The translations under genes and the position numbers were made by a program. The notes under the pieces were generated by a model. The model was not told the origin of the DNA and ran no database searches. It saw only the letters and a program-made list of their open reading frames with translations. 64,000 nt of DNA from Bugula neritina (lineage: Eukaryota; Animalia; Bryozoa): assembly GCA_964035545.1 (NCBI GenBank), contig OZ037771.1, positions 3,111,628 through 3,175,627 on the forward strand, read 5' to 3'. Positions 13,501 through 25,500 of this stretch are shown piece by piece (position 1 is the stretch's first letter; each line of letters begins with the position of its first letter).

Positions 13501-16500
13501 GTCCATTATTATTGCAGTTGATGTAAGCAGAGCTGGTATTGGTAAACTGGTTGTGATCATCTCAGTGGATGGTAGTTATGTGCCCAACACTGTACACCAA
13601 GAGGGACCCTCTCTATACAGATTTTCCTTTAAACCTAACGTAGCCAAGACACATGAAGTTAGCGTAAGTACACCAATGAACCCAAAATACGCGTAAATAT
13701 GTTGTACAGCCACATTTTTAAGTGAATAAAAGTTCATCAGCTTCATCATAGTTTTAATTTTCTTTCTTGTAACCAGTGATGTGTTAAAAAGATATATTAT
13801 TTATATTTTTGATTACACAGGGTGTGACAATTCCTAAATGGTCTTTTACTTTACATTGAAAATTGATACCAGCTTTATGTATACAAACAGTGCATCACGT
13901 TAATTTGACATAATAATGTTTTTTAACAGTGTAGTGTTTCATGTTAGATTCTTGTCCGCAGGTACAATTCAATGGAGAGAATGTCCATGGATCACCATTT
14001 ACCTGCGCTGTGACCGGTGGCAGCAGAAATGTCTCACTGACTAGTAAACAGCTGACTCATTACTTTGGTAACCCAGTGGAGGTGGAAAGTAAGTAGTAGA
14101 TAGTGATATAGTAGTGTATAGTGATATAGTACTGTATAGTGATAGTGATACTGTATAGTGATATAGTCGTGTATAGTTATAGAATACTGTATAGTAATAT
14201 AGTACTACTGTATAGTAATAGAATACTGTATAGTGATAGAGTACTGTATAGTGATATAGTACTGTATAGTGATAGAGTACGTACTCGTAACGCTGCCGTA
14301 CTATTTTGACAGTCGATGCCAGGTCAGCCGGGGAAGGTCAGATTGTTGCAGAAGTCAGCTCTCTGAATGGAGGTGTTCCCAGTGACCTCGTAGCCACGTC
14401 CACCAAGAAAGTCTACCTGCTTTCTTTCCTCCCCAAGGAGGGGGGCGAGCACACCGTCACCGTAACCTTCAACGAAGAGCCCGTACCTCGTATGTCTCTA
14501 TGCAGTTGTTTCTAAAAGTAAAAGTATTTGCTATTAAGTGGAACTCAGGCTTAGCTCAATCTTCTGTAAGAGTCTGCTGATTCTGGAAAAGTCGGATTTC
14601 AGTTTAGTTGAAATGAAATTCTTTGCTGTCTGTTCAGCTTGGCATCTTAACGTCAATATTTTATGAGTTATCTCCTCTTTAAACTTAGTATTTTATATTC
14701 AGTCTTGCCAGCTTGCACAGATAGCCAATCATTGTTACTGTTCTTTGCAAATGGCCAATCGTTATTGCAGTTAGTTACTGTGAAGTTGATATATACGTCA
14801 TATGATTTTATAGAATCACCGCTAAAGATACATGTCCAGGGTGGACCATCTCACTCACAGAATGTAAGTATATTCTGAGTCATATTATAAATATTAAATA
14901 TTACATTATTTTTTGGATATATTTTGTGTTCTAATAATAGGTCGCTTCTCCATGCTTTTCTAAGTTTAAACATTTCTAATTTCTTCACATTTCTTTCCAG
15001 TATTTTATTCCACTCGATTATATATATAACCCATACGTATATATAATGTCTTGCTCATATGCAATACTGAACTGTAAAGATACAAGTACATATAGATCAG
15101 GCTTTAGAGGGCAAAATTCTTCTAAAAGTGCGTCAAGTCGATGCACAGCACACCAAATGATCTAGTTTGGGCTTTTTCCTATATTGTAAAATTTATTTTA
15201 ACGGTATCCAGCTTACAATCAATTTCTTGTATCTACTCTACTTACCTTTTTACTTTACTTACTCCAGTACTTGCATAGCAGTAGAGAGTTTGCTCTAAAT
15301 ACATGAAATATTAAAATGCGTTCACTTTTCTAGCCAATACAGCTGGCAACACTTTGTAATGGTACAGTATCATCTGTATGAATGGCATGATTTAACATTT
15401 TACTATCGTTACATGTGTTGTGACTGATTATGATTTGTTGTTCGACTTGTACCACAACACTGCGTTCTATGTTGTGTTATATATTGCATCATGCAATGTA
15501 GTCCGCCATGTTTGATTATACGTAACTCACTGATACTGCATGTACGCACTTACTGCACGCTGCAGGTAAAACGTGCTGATTGATCTTTTGCCTACCTATA
15601 CTCTGATATTTATGAAATTATATAATTATTATGAAATTTATAGAATCATGTAATTATAACTCTATAAATAATAATGTATAAAATTGTAATTCTATAATTT
15701 ATTCTCAATAGAACTATTGGTTGGATATTATAATGTAGAGGACAACTCTGTAGTCTGATGATTATTCAGTACTTTCTACCTGCAAGCTGTGCCACTTTCA
15801 GTAGACTCGCTGAGTTGTCTTCTCTCTATATATACTAGTCTTATACCTCTTCACTATCCAACCTCCAACCTTCTCAGTTCTTACAATGATTTGTTTACCT
15901 GCATGATGAATGTATACACCTTTTCAATGCATCCCATAGCTAGATCTTCCTTTTATGTATTATATTTTTAGGAAATAATTTTTATTGTGCCACTTGTAAT
16001 AAACATTTAGACATAACTAACAGTCATTAAGTGAGTAGATTGAACTACTAGGTTATTGTATTGTTCTTAGATTTGCTTTAGCAATGTCAATAGTACCGCG
16101 AGTGTTTACTATGAGCCTCATAGCATTGTGCTACTCAGCATGTGTTTCTTTTCTCCTTCTTTCCTTGAACTTAGTAGAGCATTCAGATAAAAAAGAAGTG
16201 GTCTAATTAAGTTTATTGAGGGTTGTGTCCCTTGTAATGTATGCAGATAGTTCACTTCACTGTACTGTAATGGCGTAGAGTAAGGCATGCTATCAGTATA
16301 GTATAGGGGATCACCAGCTTTCCATGTACCGATCTCAGATCGATCTCGAGCGAGATCGATCCATGGAAAGATGCCAAAGATCGATCTCTGTCGATCTGAG
16401 CTGGTCGGTCTGTGGAGCGCGAACTCAGATCGATCTCATGTCAATAAGACCATGGAAAGACGCCAGATCGATCTGAGAAGTAGAAAAAGACTGCGCGCTA

Positions 16501-19500
16501 CAATGTTGTCTCCTAATAAAAATGATAACTTATTGATAATTACTAAGCAAAGCATTTAATAATTATGATAGCCACCTTTTCAGATGCCAAAACTTTGACT
16601 TTCAGTACAATGATTAAGAAAACTCAATTATATGCAGTAGAAGGTAAAAAAATGGGAGAATTTAAATTGAATTTAAATGACTAATAAAACTTAGTTTCAT
16701 TAGCTATTTTCTTTGTAATTTTAAGCCTAACAGTCCTGTAAGTTTATCAATAGTCTGCAAGACAGCCATTTATTTTATATAAGCTGTCAAGCTAAAAAAT
16801 TAAAATTAATTATTTTAAATTGGCCAAATTACCATAAACTGAAAGCTTTGCTGCGTATAGTTTATAGCTGGGATTAAATTTTAGACTACGACCATCTTGT
16901 TTTCAACAGTAGCAGCTTTAATCACTCAAATAGGTAAACAAAATATACTTTTAAAGTATCCTTCACTCAAGAGGAGGCAACTTCGCGAGATCGATCTGAC
17001 ACTCTCATGGAAAAACGATCGATCTGAGCACATTTCTCAGATCGATCCTAGCGAGATCGATCTGAGATCGGTACATGGAAAGCCCGTGTATAGGGACGTG
17101 TAGCTTGCCATTCTCCTCTGTGAACTTTCAACTCTAAACCTGATTTATAATAATAATATTTATACATCTCCTAATGTTCTGTTACTTTTAAAAGAATTTG
17201 TTGAAAGAAAGATCCCAAACCTTTGTAATAACATGTCAATGGCATTTGCATATATTATAATGTTTTTACTCATTCTTTCTCTTTCCATTTCCCTGTAAAC
17301 TGTTCTGTCCCTTGCTTTATCCCAGCTGTTGTATCCCAGGGTAGTAATATACAGAGGACTGAAATGTTAGTCTACCAGCAAACCCCCTCGCACCCCCTTC
17401 CTCCCCCTCAGCATCACTTGAAGGAGACTGTGTACTCTACTCAGCAAGAGGTGCTGCCGGCCACTCCTCACGCTGCCAGGGAGTATTCTCTGTACAATGG
17501 ACAGCATTCTCCTGCTGCTATGCAGTCATATGACCAGCATACTACTACTCTACAAGTGAGTGTGGACACACTATAGTACCATATAGTATAGTTTATAACT
17601 TTAGGCTACTGCTTAATTTACTTGTGTCTTGTGTTAGCCCATGCTATTCCCCGAAAAAAAAACCCCTTTTTTAACTCTTTCAAAGCTTCCCTCTGCGACA
17701 TTATTTGTTGAAATTGAGATAAAGTTTTTATAAACTGCACGATATTGCAAAGGTATGCTTCTGGATGTTTTCAACATTTTATTCTAGTTTGGCTAGGGTT
17801 TAGCACACATGTTATACTAGAGGTTTAGCACACATGTTATACTAGAGGTTTAGCACACCTGCTATACTAGAGGTTTAGCACACATGTTATACTAGAGGTT
17901 TAGCACACATGCTATACTAGAGGTTTAGCACACATGCTATACTGGAGGTTTAGCACACATGCTATACTAGAGGTTTAGCACACATGCTATGCTAGAGGTT
18001 TAGCACACATGCTATACTAGAGGTTCAGCACACATGCTATGCTGGAGGTTTAGCACACATGTTATGCTGGAGGTTTAGCACACATGCTATACTAGAGGTT
18101 TAGCACACATGCTATACTAGAGGTTTAGCACACATGCTATGCTAGAGGTTTAGCACACATGCTATACTAGAGGTTTAGCACACATGCTATGCTAGAGGTT
18201 TAGCACACGTGTTATACTAGAGGTTTAGCACACCTGCTATACTAGAGGTTTAGCACACATGTTATGCTAGAGGTTTAGCACATATGTTATTATAATGTTA
18301 ATTTTCAGGAGTTAACTCGGACCATCACCTACCAGCCTCAGTATGAGTCAGCTATGGCTAACGAATCAACATACTTCGAGATAAACCCTCACGGGCTCTC
18401 TCAGAAAGACCTGGATGTAAAGGTAGAAGGTCGGTAGAGTCTTGGTATGACCAGCAAATGTGCTTTTATTTTATTTCATATAGTAATTTGTATATAATGT
18501 TTTTATGTAATATTCATATACTAGTCTTTATATTACATAGTTTTACTATATTGCACATTTATTATTTTGTATGATATGCTCCAACACTTGTAGTTATATT
18601 GTATTGAATAATATTTATATTATATTGCTATTAGTATATTATTTAATACTGACTATATTGTGTCACATGTTCAGCATGCAGTAAAATGCCATACTATATT
18701 CATCTAGATCCGTACTACAAGGCAGTTCCTCTAAAGGTGACACAACATGGAGGGAAGTTGAGGTACGAGTTTACTCCACGGAACACGGGTAAATACCACG
18801 TGTACGTGGAAGTGGATGGGGCGGAGCTTCCTGGCTCCCCCTTCATATACTTCGTACAGCCCAGCTCTGGGGTGATCATCAAAGATGTCACGGAAGAGGG
18901 ATATGTAGGGGAGGAGATGTATTTCATTGGTGAGTATGTATGTGTGACACTGTGTGTGAGTGTGTGTGACACTGTGTGTGAGTGTGTGTGACACTGTGTG
19001 TGATAGTGTATGTATGTGTATAATGTATATGTGACACTGTATGTAGGTGTGATACTTTGTGTATATGTATGCGACTCTACACATTGTGTTAATGTGTATC
19101 ACACTGTATGTGCGCGCATGTGTGTGGGACACTGTTTGTATATGGCAACTAGGCTATTACGTATGATGTGTGTTTTTATTTCTTTATATTAATTTATTTA
19201 TTTTCAATCTGTTAATTTACTCATATTACATGTACTAGTGTGTATGCTAGATATGTCATGTGAATGTCTAGTTGGCTGACGCTGCCTTCAGGTAAAGTAC
19301 CTAACGTATATTCTATTTCTAGTTGATGCATCTGAAGCTGGCAGCGGTGACCTTGATGTCGAGGTGTCGTGTAACGGTCAGTTGGTAAGAATCAAACGTG
19401 AGCCCCTCGGCCAATCACAGTACAGGTACACTTACGTGCCCAAACAAGGCGGGGAACACTTGATAGACGTACAGTACAACTATGAGAGAGTTCCAGGTGG

Positions 19501-22500
19501 GTTTATAAGAAATGGTAACAGAAATTGACACTCAACTTGGGATGATAAAGCCGCCCTGTGTGTCTGTTAGATGTTGTGTTAAACTCTAAACACTCTGACA
19601 AGTGAAAGTAACTGCAATGCGAATCGGAAACTATTTTTTATGCTTTGTATATTTGTTCTGGTATTTTGAGACAGTTTCAAGTCTGTGAATATTAAACATA
19701 ATGTTATTTGAGCTGCTGTATATACTAGTAATATCCAATTGTTGTGTAAGTTGCTAGCGACTCAAAGCTGGAGAAAATGATACTATCACCTCCTAGTAAT
19801 AATTCCTGTCTCACATTGCTATGGTTACTGTTCTAGGCTGTCCAATCCAGACCCATGTCAGTGAAATGTATCACCCGACCATTGAGCAAACTCCCTCCAT
19901 CTCCTCGTCTTACGGTGTCCAGGGTGTCTCCGGCAGAGGGATTCAGTCCATCCCTGTCTCCCAGCAAGCCTACTTCTTCATAGACATGCACGGCCGCAAC
20001 TGGAAGCTCTCGGATGTAGAAGTACACGTCAGAGGTGGAGTTTTATATTCTAATTACCTGCTAATTTAGCTAAAGTGCCTTCTAGTGCTTGTGAAATTGA
20101 TGATATTATGTTTATCAAGTAGTTATATAAAGATGTGATAGAATTCAACAGTATATTATGTAACATCACTGCTTGTTTGGGATTTACATGCAGACATTTA
20201 TAGGCAAACTATGAAATTTCAAACATTTGAATATCTGTGTCAATTGCCAGTTGGCTGTTTGAATTGCCCTTTTTTATGAATACAAAAATAACTCCCAAGT
20301 AATATAGGAAACAAAATCGAATCTGCTTCATTTCATTTTATGGCCAGTTGGCTCTTTAATTCACCACCTCTAGTTGATCCAAAATAACTTAAACCTGAAG
20401 CTATAAGACAAAATAACTTAGACCTCAAGCTATAAGACAAAATAACTTAGACCTAAAGCTATAAGTCAAAATAACTTAGACCTAAAGCTATAAGACAAAA
20501 TAACTTAAACCTAAAGCTATAAGACAAAATAACTTAGACCTAAAGCTATAAGTCAAAATAACTTAGACCTAAAGCTATAAGACAAAATAACTTAAACCTA
20601 AAGCTATAAGGCAAAATAACTTAGACCTAAAGCTATAAGACAAAATAACTTAGACCTAAAGCTATAAGACAAAATAACTTAGACCTAAAGCTATAAGACA
20701 AAATCTCATCTGCCTCATTTCATTCGTAGCTCCAAATGGTCAGTCAGTTCCTTGCAAGTTATTCCTGGAAAGTCCCAATGAAATTCGCGTGGAGTACCAG
20801 ACACCCTACGTAGGTAAGGCAACTCTATGTTTCACTAATCATTCATTAAAATATTTTCATATGCTTAATTTTAATGGTGAATGTAGTCACTATTTGCCTC
20901 ATTTAAATTTATCAAACAATAGCTTCTATTAATCAAGTTCAGTTTTTGTAAAAAAAATGCCATAATGTTATAATAAATTAGGTTTCAATTGTGCCAAATA
21001 TAATTCCTCACACAAGTATTGTATTATAGCATTGTTACTATACAAGCTTTCAGAGAAAAAGCTATAAAAAGCTTTCAACTAATTAGCTAATGTTATTGTA
21101 TATAATGTTTTCACTCTCTCTGTATTACTCAACTAGTTAACATTTTCATTGCATAATAAAACATATTTATCCCAATCCTACAAAATGACTTGATTTATCT
21201 CGTTTTATTTTTGCTTTTTTATTACTATGAGAAGTTTTAAGCTTTAGCATTTCCTCAGATTGAACTATCACTGTATTACATTTATTAAGAGTTAAAACTG
21301 TACTCTGAATAACATATCAGTTCAGTCTGCTCTGATGTATTACGGACAGGGCGCCACCTGGTGGACATATACTGCAAGGGAGTCAAGGTATCTGGTAGTC
21401 CATACTCAGTGGAGGTGTTTGATCCCAAAAAGGTGGGCATGGAGTCGATGGCAAAGGAGAGCTACTTGCACGAGGAAACAGAGTTTGAAGGTGTGTCTTT
21501 CTATCCAAGGGTTTGTGACCTGTGCATTGCTCAAGACTTTTTAGAAAACTTCTATATTTTTATATCTATCTTTTAGGCTGATCAGTAAAATTTCTGATTA
21601 GTATCAAAATTTTCTTTACCTAAATTATTTTTGGTTGTTTCTGTGATAAGTTAATTTTCTGACATAATCTTGTAGTAGTTGATGGTAATCAAGGTGAGAC
21701 TGTGTGTTTATTGGTTCACATATTGTGTTCTACTTCACTATTGGCTAATATGTGCACTGCTTAATTCTACTCTCCTATTGGCTAATCAATATGTGTTACT
21801 CTCTATCATTGGCTACCCTACCAGTAACTGTACTAAGCTCTCAGCACTAGCTTATTACATCGTTAACTTCTTTTCTACAATTTCAAGTCTCAATAGAACT
21901 AACGTTGGTCTAACTCTGTGCTACCCATTGTGTCTTCTAGCACATGTACTTCTAATTGACTACGTTGTATGTATTATCATCTCACTATTTGTGTCCTCTT
22001 CTGCTATTGGCTGTTTGCTGTACACTTGTATATGATTCTATTCTGCTACTGCGTGGTCTAATATTAGCACACACACTATTCTACTAGTTACTAACATATA
22101 ACTAGTTGTTGTATTCCCACACCAAGCAATTCTTTCACCTGTGTCTGGCTAACTTGTGTCTTTGTCTCCAGTACAATATGGTTTGTGTCTGTATAACAGC
22201 TTCTATCCACTGGTCAACATTCTTGTTCTACAATATATTTTTTCTACACACATGTATTTCAGGCACAGCTTTTTGATATTACAAAATATATTTGATAGTC
22301 AAGAGGGCAGTTCTTTCATTGTTCAGTGTTTAATGTTCACCATTCAGTGGTGAGATGCTAATTCTGGAACAAAATTACTAACTGTCTACTGTTTACTGTT
22401 GTTTTCTGGTAAGGTAAGGCTTTGCTGTTTGCTTTCAGTAATAAATGACGAGGCTGGTTCGGCTGATATAGAGTGCCGAGTTATTAGTCCATCAGGCAGA

Positions 22501-25500
22501 GTTATTCCCAGCCACGTGTTGCACACAGACAGAGGCATGAAAGTGAAGTACACGCCAGGAGAGCCGGGACTCTACCACGTTCATACGTACATTGGAGGAG
22601 TGGAGATCCCTGGTAGATATATCTCTATAAACAACTTGCCTCCAGTCTGTTCTCATGTAGAACTGTGACGTAGTGAGAGGCTAAGAACTCGTGTTTATTA
22701 CTTAGCTGACTAATAGTTATTGATTTACCTGCAGACGCTTTTAATTGGAAATTTCTAGAAAGATTCAATGATCTTTATCTGATGCTCACAGAGTTGACAT
22801 GTGCTTACAGTTTTGATGTGTCCATGATTATATGACCAGCAAAAAAATACAGTCAGTGGCTACAGCTCTGGCTTAGTAGACACTAGGTCATAGGTTCGAA
22901 GCCCCAGGGCCAATGGTTATGTTGGACGGCTATTCAATCATAATAGCTTCTTTGTCACAGCAAAAGTTTTCTAAACCGTGTTCCCAGCATGGTGAGAGGC
23001 GCAGTCTTTGGTTTGCATAGACACCCGTACCATTAGGGCCGGAGACCTAAAACTAAAATATGCTATGAGTTTCCTATGCGACTGTCATGATAAGGATGTT
23101 GTAATGTGACAACTCTGAAACTTGATGTATTTACTGTAAGCAGTGGCTTGAGTACGTCTGCTTCTGTATAGCTCACTTCTCAGCGGACTACTCTTGTTCT
23201 CAGGTTCTCCGATGACTCAGATGGTGAGAGCCCACACCCTCGGGTCACGTCACTCCAGGAGTTCTGTTCACGAGTACAGAGAGAGGAGAGACAGTGGGCG
23301 GTACCAGAGTTCTGATGATGGGTAAATGATCTACTCTACTACCACCATTGCTACCTGTAGCAAGTAACTGTAATCTGTAGCGAGTAACTGTAATCTGTAG
23401 CAAGTAACTGTAATCTGTAGCGAGTAACTGTATGCTGTGCAGATATGGAAAGCTCACTGTCAGTGGAGATGGTCTGTACAGGGCAGAAGAAGACAAACCT
23501 GCGTACTTCTACATTGATACTCACGGGATGGAGGGGACCCCGGAGGTCAGAGTTGAAGGTTAGTTACCTTGTCAGTTAGTAGCAGTCCTTGGTTAAGAAA
23601 TGATTAAAAAACTGGGCTGTAGATGAGTTGAAGTGAAGGTTAATTTGGAGTTGTCTTTTTGTGAGAAGAAAACTTGGTACGAATAGACCACAAGTTTTTC
23701 ATTCGAATGTGAATTCATTCAAACAGCAGAAATGTAGCGTGTTGCACTTGATCACTAAATGACAAGATAGTCTTGTTTTTGCAACTCGTACATATTTCCT
23801 TTGAGTACTATATTTATTATGGCAATGGCACACTTTGGATTAAAAATATATAAAATATTTTTTAACTCTTTTTTCAGGTCCTCATTCGGTAGCGAAGTGC
23901 AGTGTGTCACCTGAGGGAGCTTACAGATACAAAGTAACGTACATACCTGTGGAAACTGGTATATATGATGTGTACATTAGATGGTACAACCAGGAAATAG
24001 ACGGTAAGGCCTGCTTTCTACTCTTCTAGCGTCAGTTGCTTAGCAACTAGATACAATGTGATGTAGTCATATTTTAATAAATGGCCAATTAAACACAGCA
24101 ATTTGTGGAGCAAACTTTTGTGTAGTATCCGTATCTTAACTGGTTGGATAAACAAAGTCAGTATTCTGGATAAACATTCTCAGGTGAAGCAGATATTGAG
24201 AGTCTTTATGAGATAGGTAACATTACCACATGGTGTCCCTGTATACATACCCTTTGCATAGGTAGTTTTAATCAGCTTGTAGTGACAAATAAACCATACT
24301 CCCTGCTCCCCCTGTTAAAATTGGAATTAAAATCATTTTCTTTGCCTTAATATAAGCACACGGTTCTATCTTGATTCAGTATCTTCTATTATTTACAAAT
24401 TTGCTACAGTGATTTCTATCTGCATTCAGGCTTCCTCTATATTTATACTTGTTCTAAATTTAGATATGTTATATATTTAAACTTGTTCTATATTTAAACT
24501 GGTTCTATATTTAGACTTGTTCTAAATTTAGATTTGTTGTATATTTAGACTTATTATAATTATATATTTTTATAATCAAATGGTCTGTATTTACGATAGT
24601 TTACTGATGATGCTCTAAGTTTATCTAGTTTTGTTTTACTATAACTAAACATAGTGAGAAAGCAAGCTCTCTACTCAGTATACGTGAGGTAGTAGAACAA
24701 CCAATCATGTGTAAAATGCTAGCTAATTCACCTTAACTCTACCTATACCCTCATAGGCTCACCATTCCATCCTCGAGTGGTGGATGCCAGGAAGGTGAGA
24801 TTCAAAGGGGACTGGCAGTCTAAGGTGGATGCTGAACAAAGAGTCTCCATGGAGACGGGCAAGATGAAAAGAATGATGTTTGATGTGACAGAAGCAGGGC
24901 CAGGTAATGCTTTGTTGTATCTTATGTTGTACTTTCAAATTAAAATTTTTAGAAAACTATGTGTTTATTTAAAATATTTTATCTTGAGACTAATGAAGTA
25001 TTATGTGAAACTGAAATTATCATTATAAGGACTCATAGATTATTATTATTTTGTTAGCCAGTTCTGTACCACTAATTTTAATGTGCGTAAAGATCTCAAA
25101 TGTTATATATATTATAGAATAATATTATAATGTGAAGTTGTCTCTAACTATGGACATTCCCTTTCCCTCCTATGCAGCCCTTGGATTCTAGAGTACTCGC
25201 TTTCATCTTCTTATTTTGAGGTGATATGCTTTGCAGGTGAGCTGAAAGCTGAAGTACGACACGTCGGTTCAGGTAGACTAGTACCTGTCACTGTTACTGA
25301 GAAAGATGTCTACCACTACTACGTGGACTTTGTACCTGATCAGCCCGGGGATTATCTCATCAGCATCAACTGGACTGGCACCCCGATACCCAACACTCCA
25401 ATCAGGTGAGTGACACCTTATCCAGGTGATTGACACTCTAATCAGGTGATTGACACTCCAATCAGGTGAGTGACACTTGAATCAGGTGTGTGACAACCTA

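Noticed and set aside
15540-15572. CTGCAG|GTAAAA as a recursive splice site or microexon end in the filamin intron
   Set aside because: The pyrimidine tract is weak and the gene model is in frame without it; it cannot be supported without reads.
16371-17103. Short ORFs inside the TIR element as transposase remnants (also 33063-33254)
   Set aside because: No DDE or DNA-binding motifs; the ORFs derive from the GC-richer terminal repeats.
17796-18290. Regular short repeats as a CRISPR array (also 20380, 26786, 53604)
   Set aside because: Units are head-to-tail with no unique spacers, there are no cas genes, and the context is eukaryotic introns.
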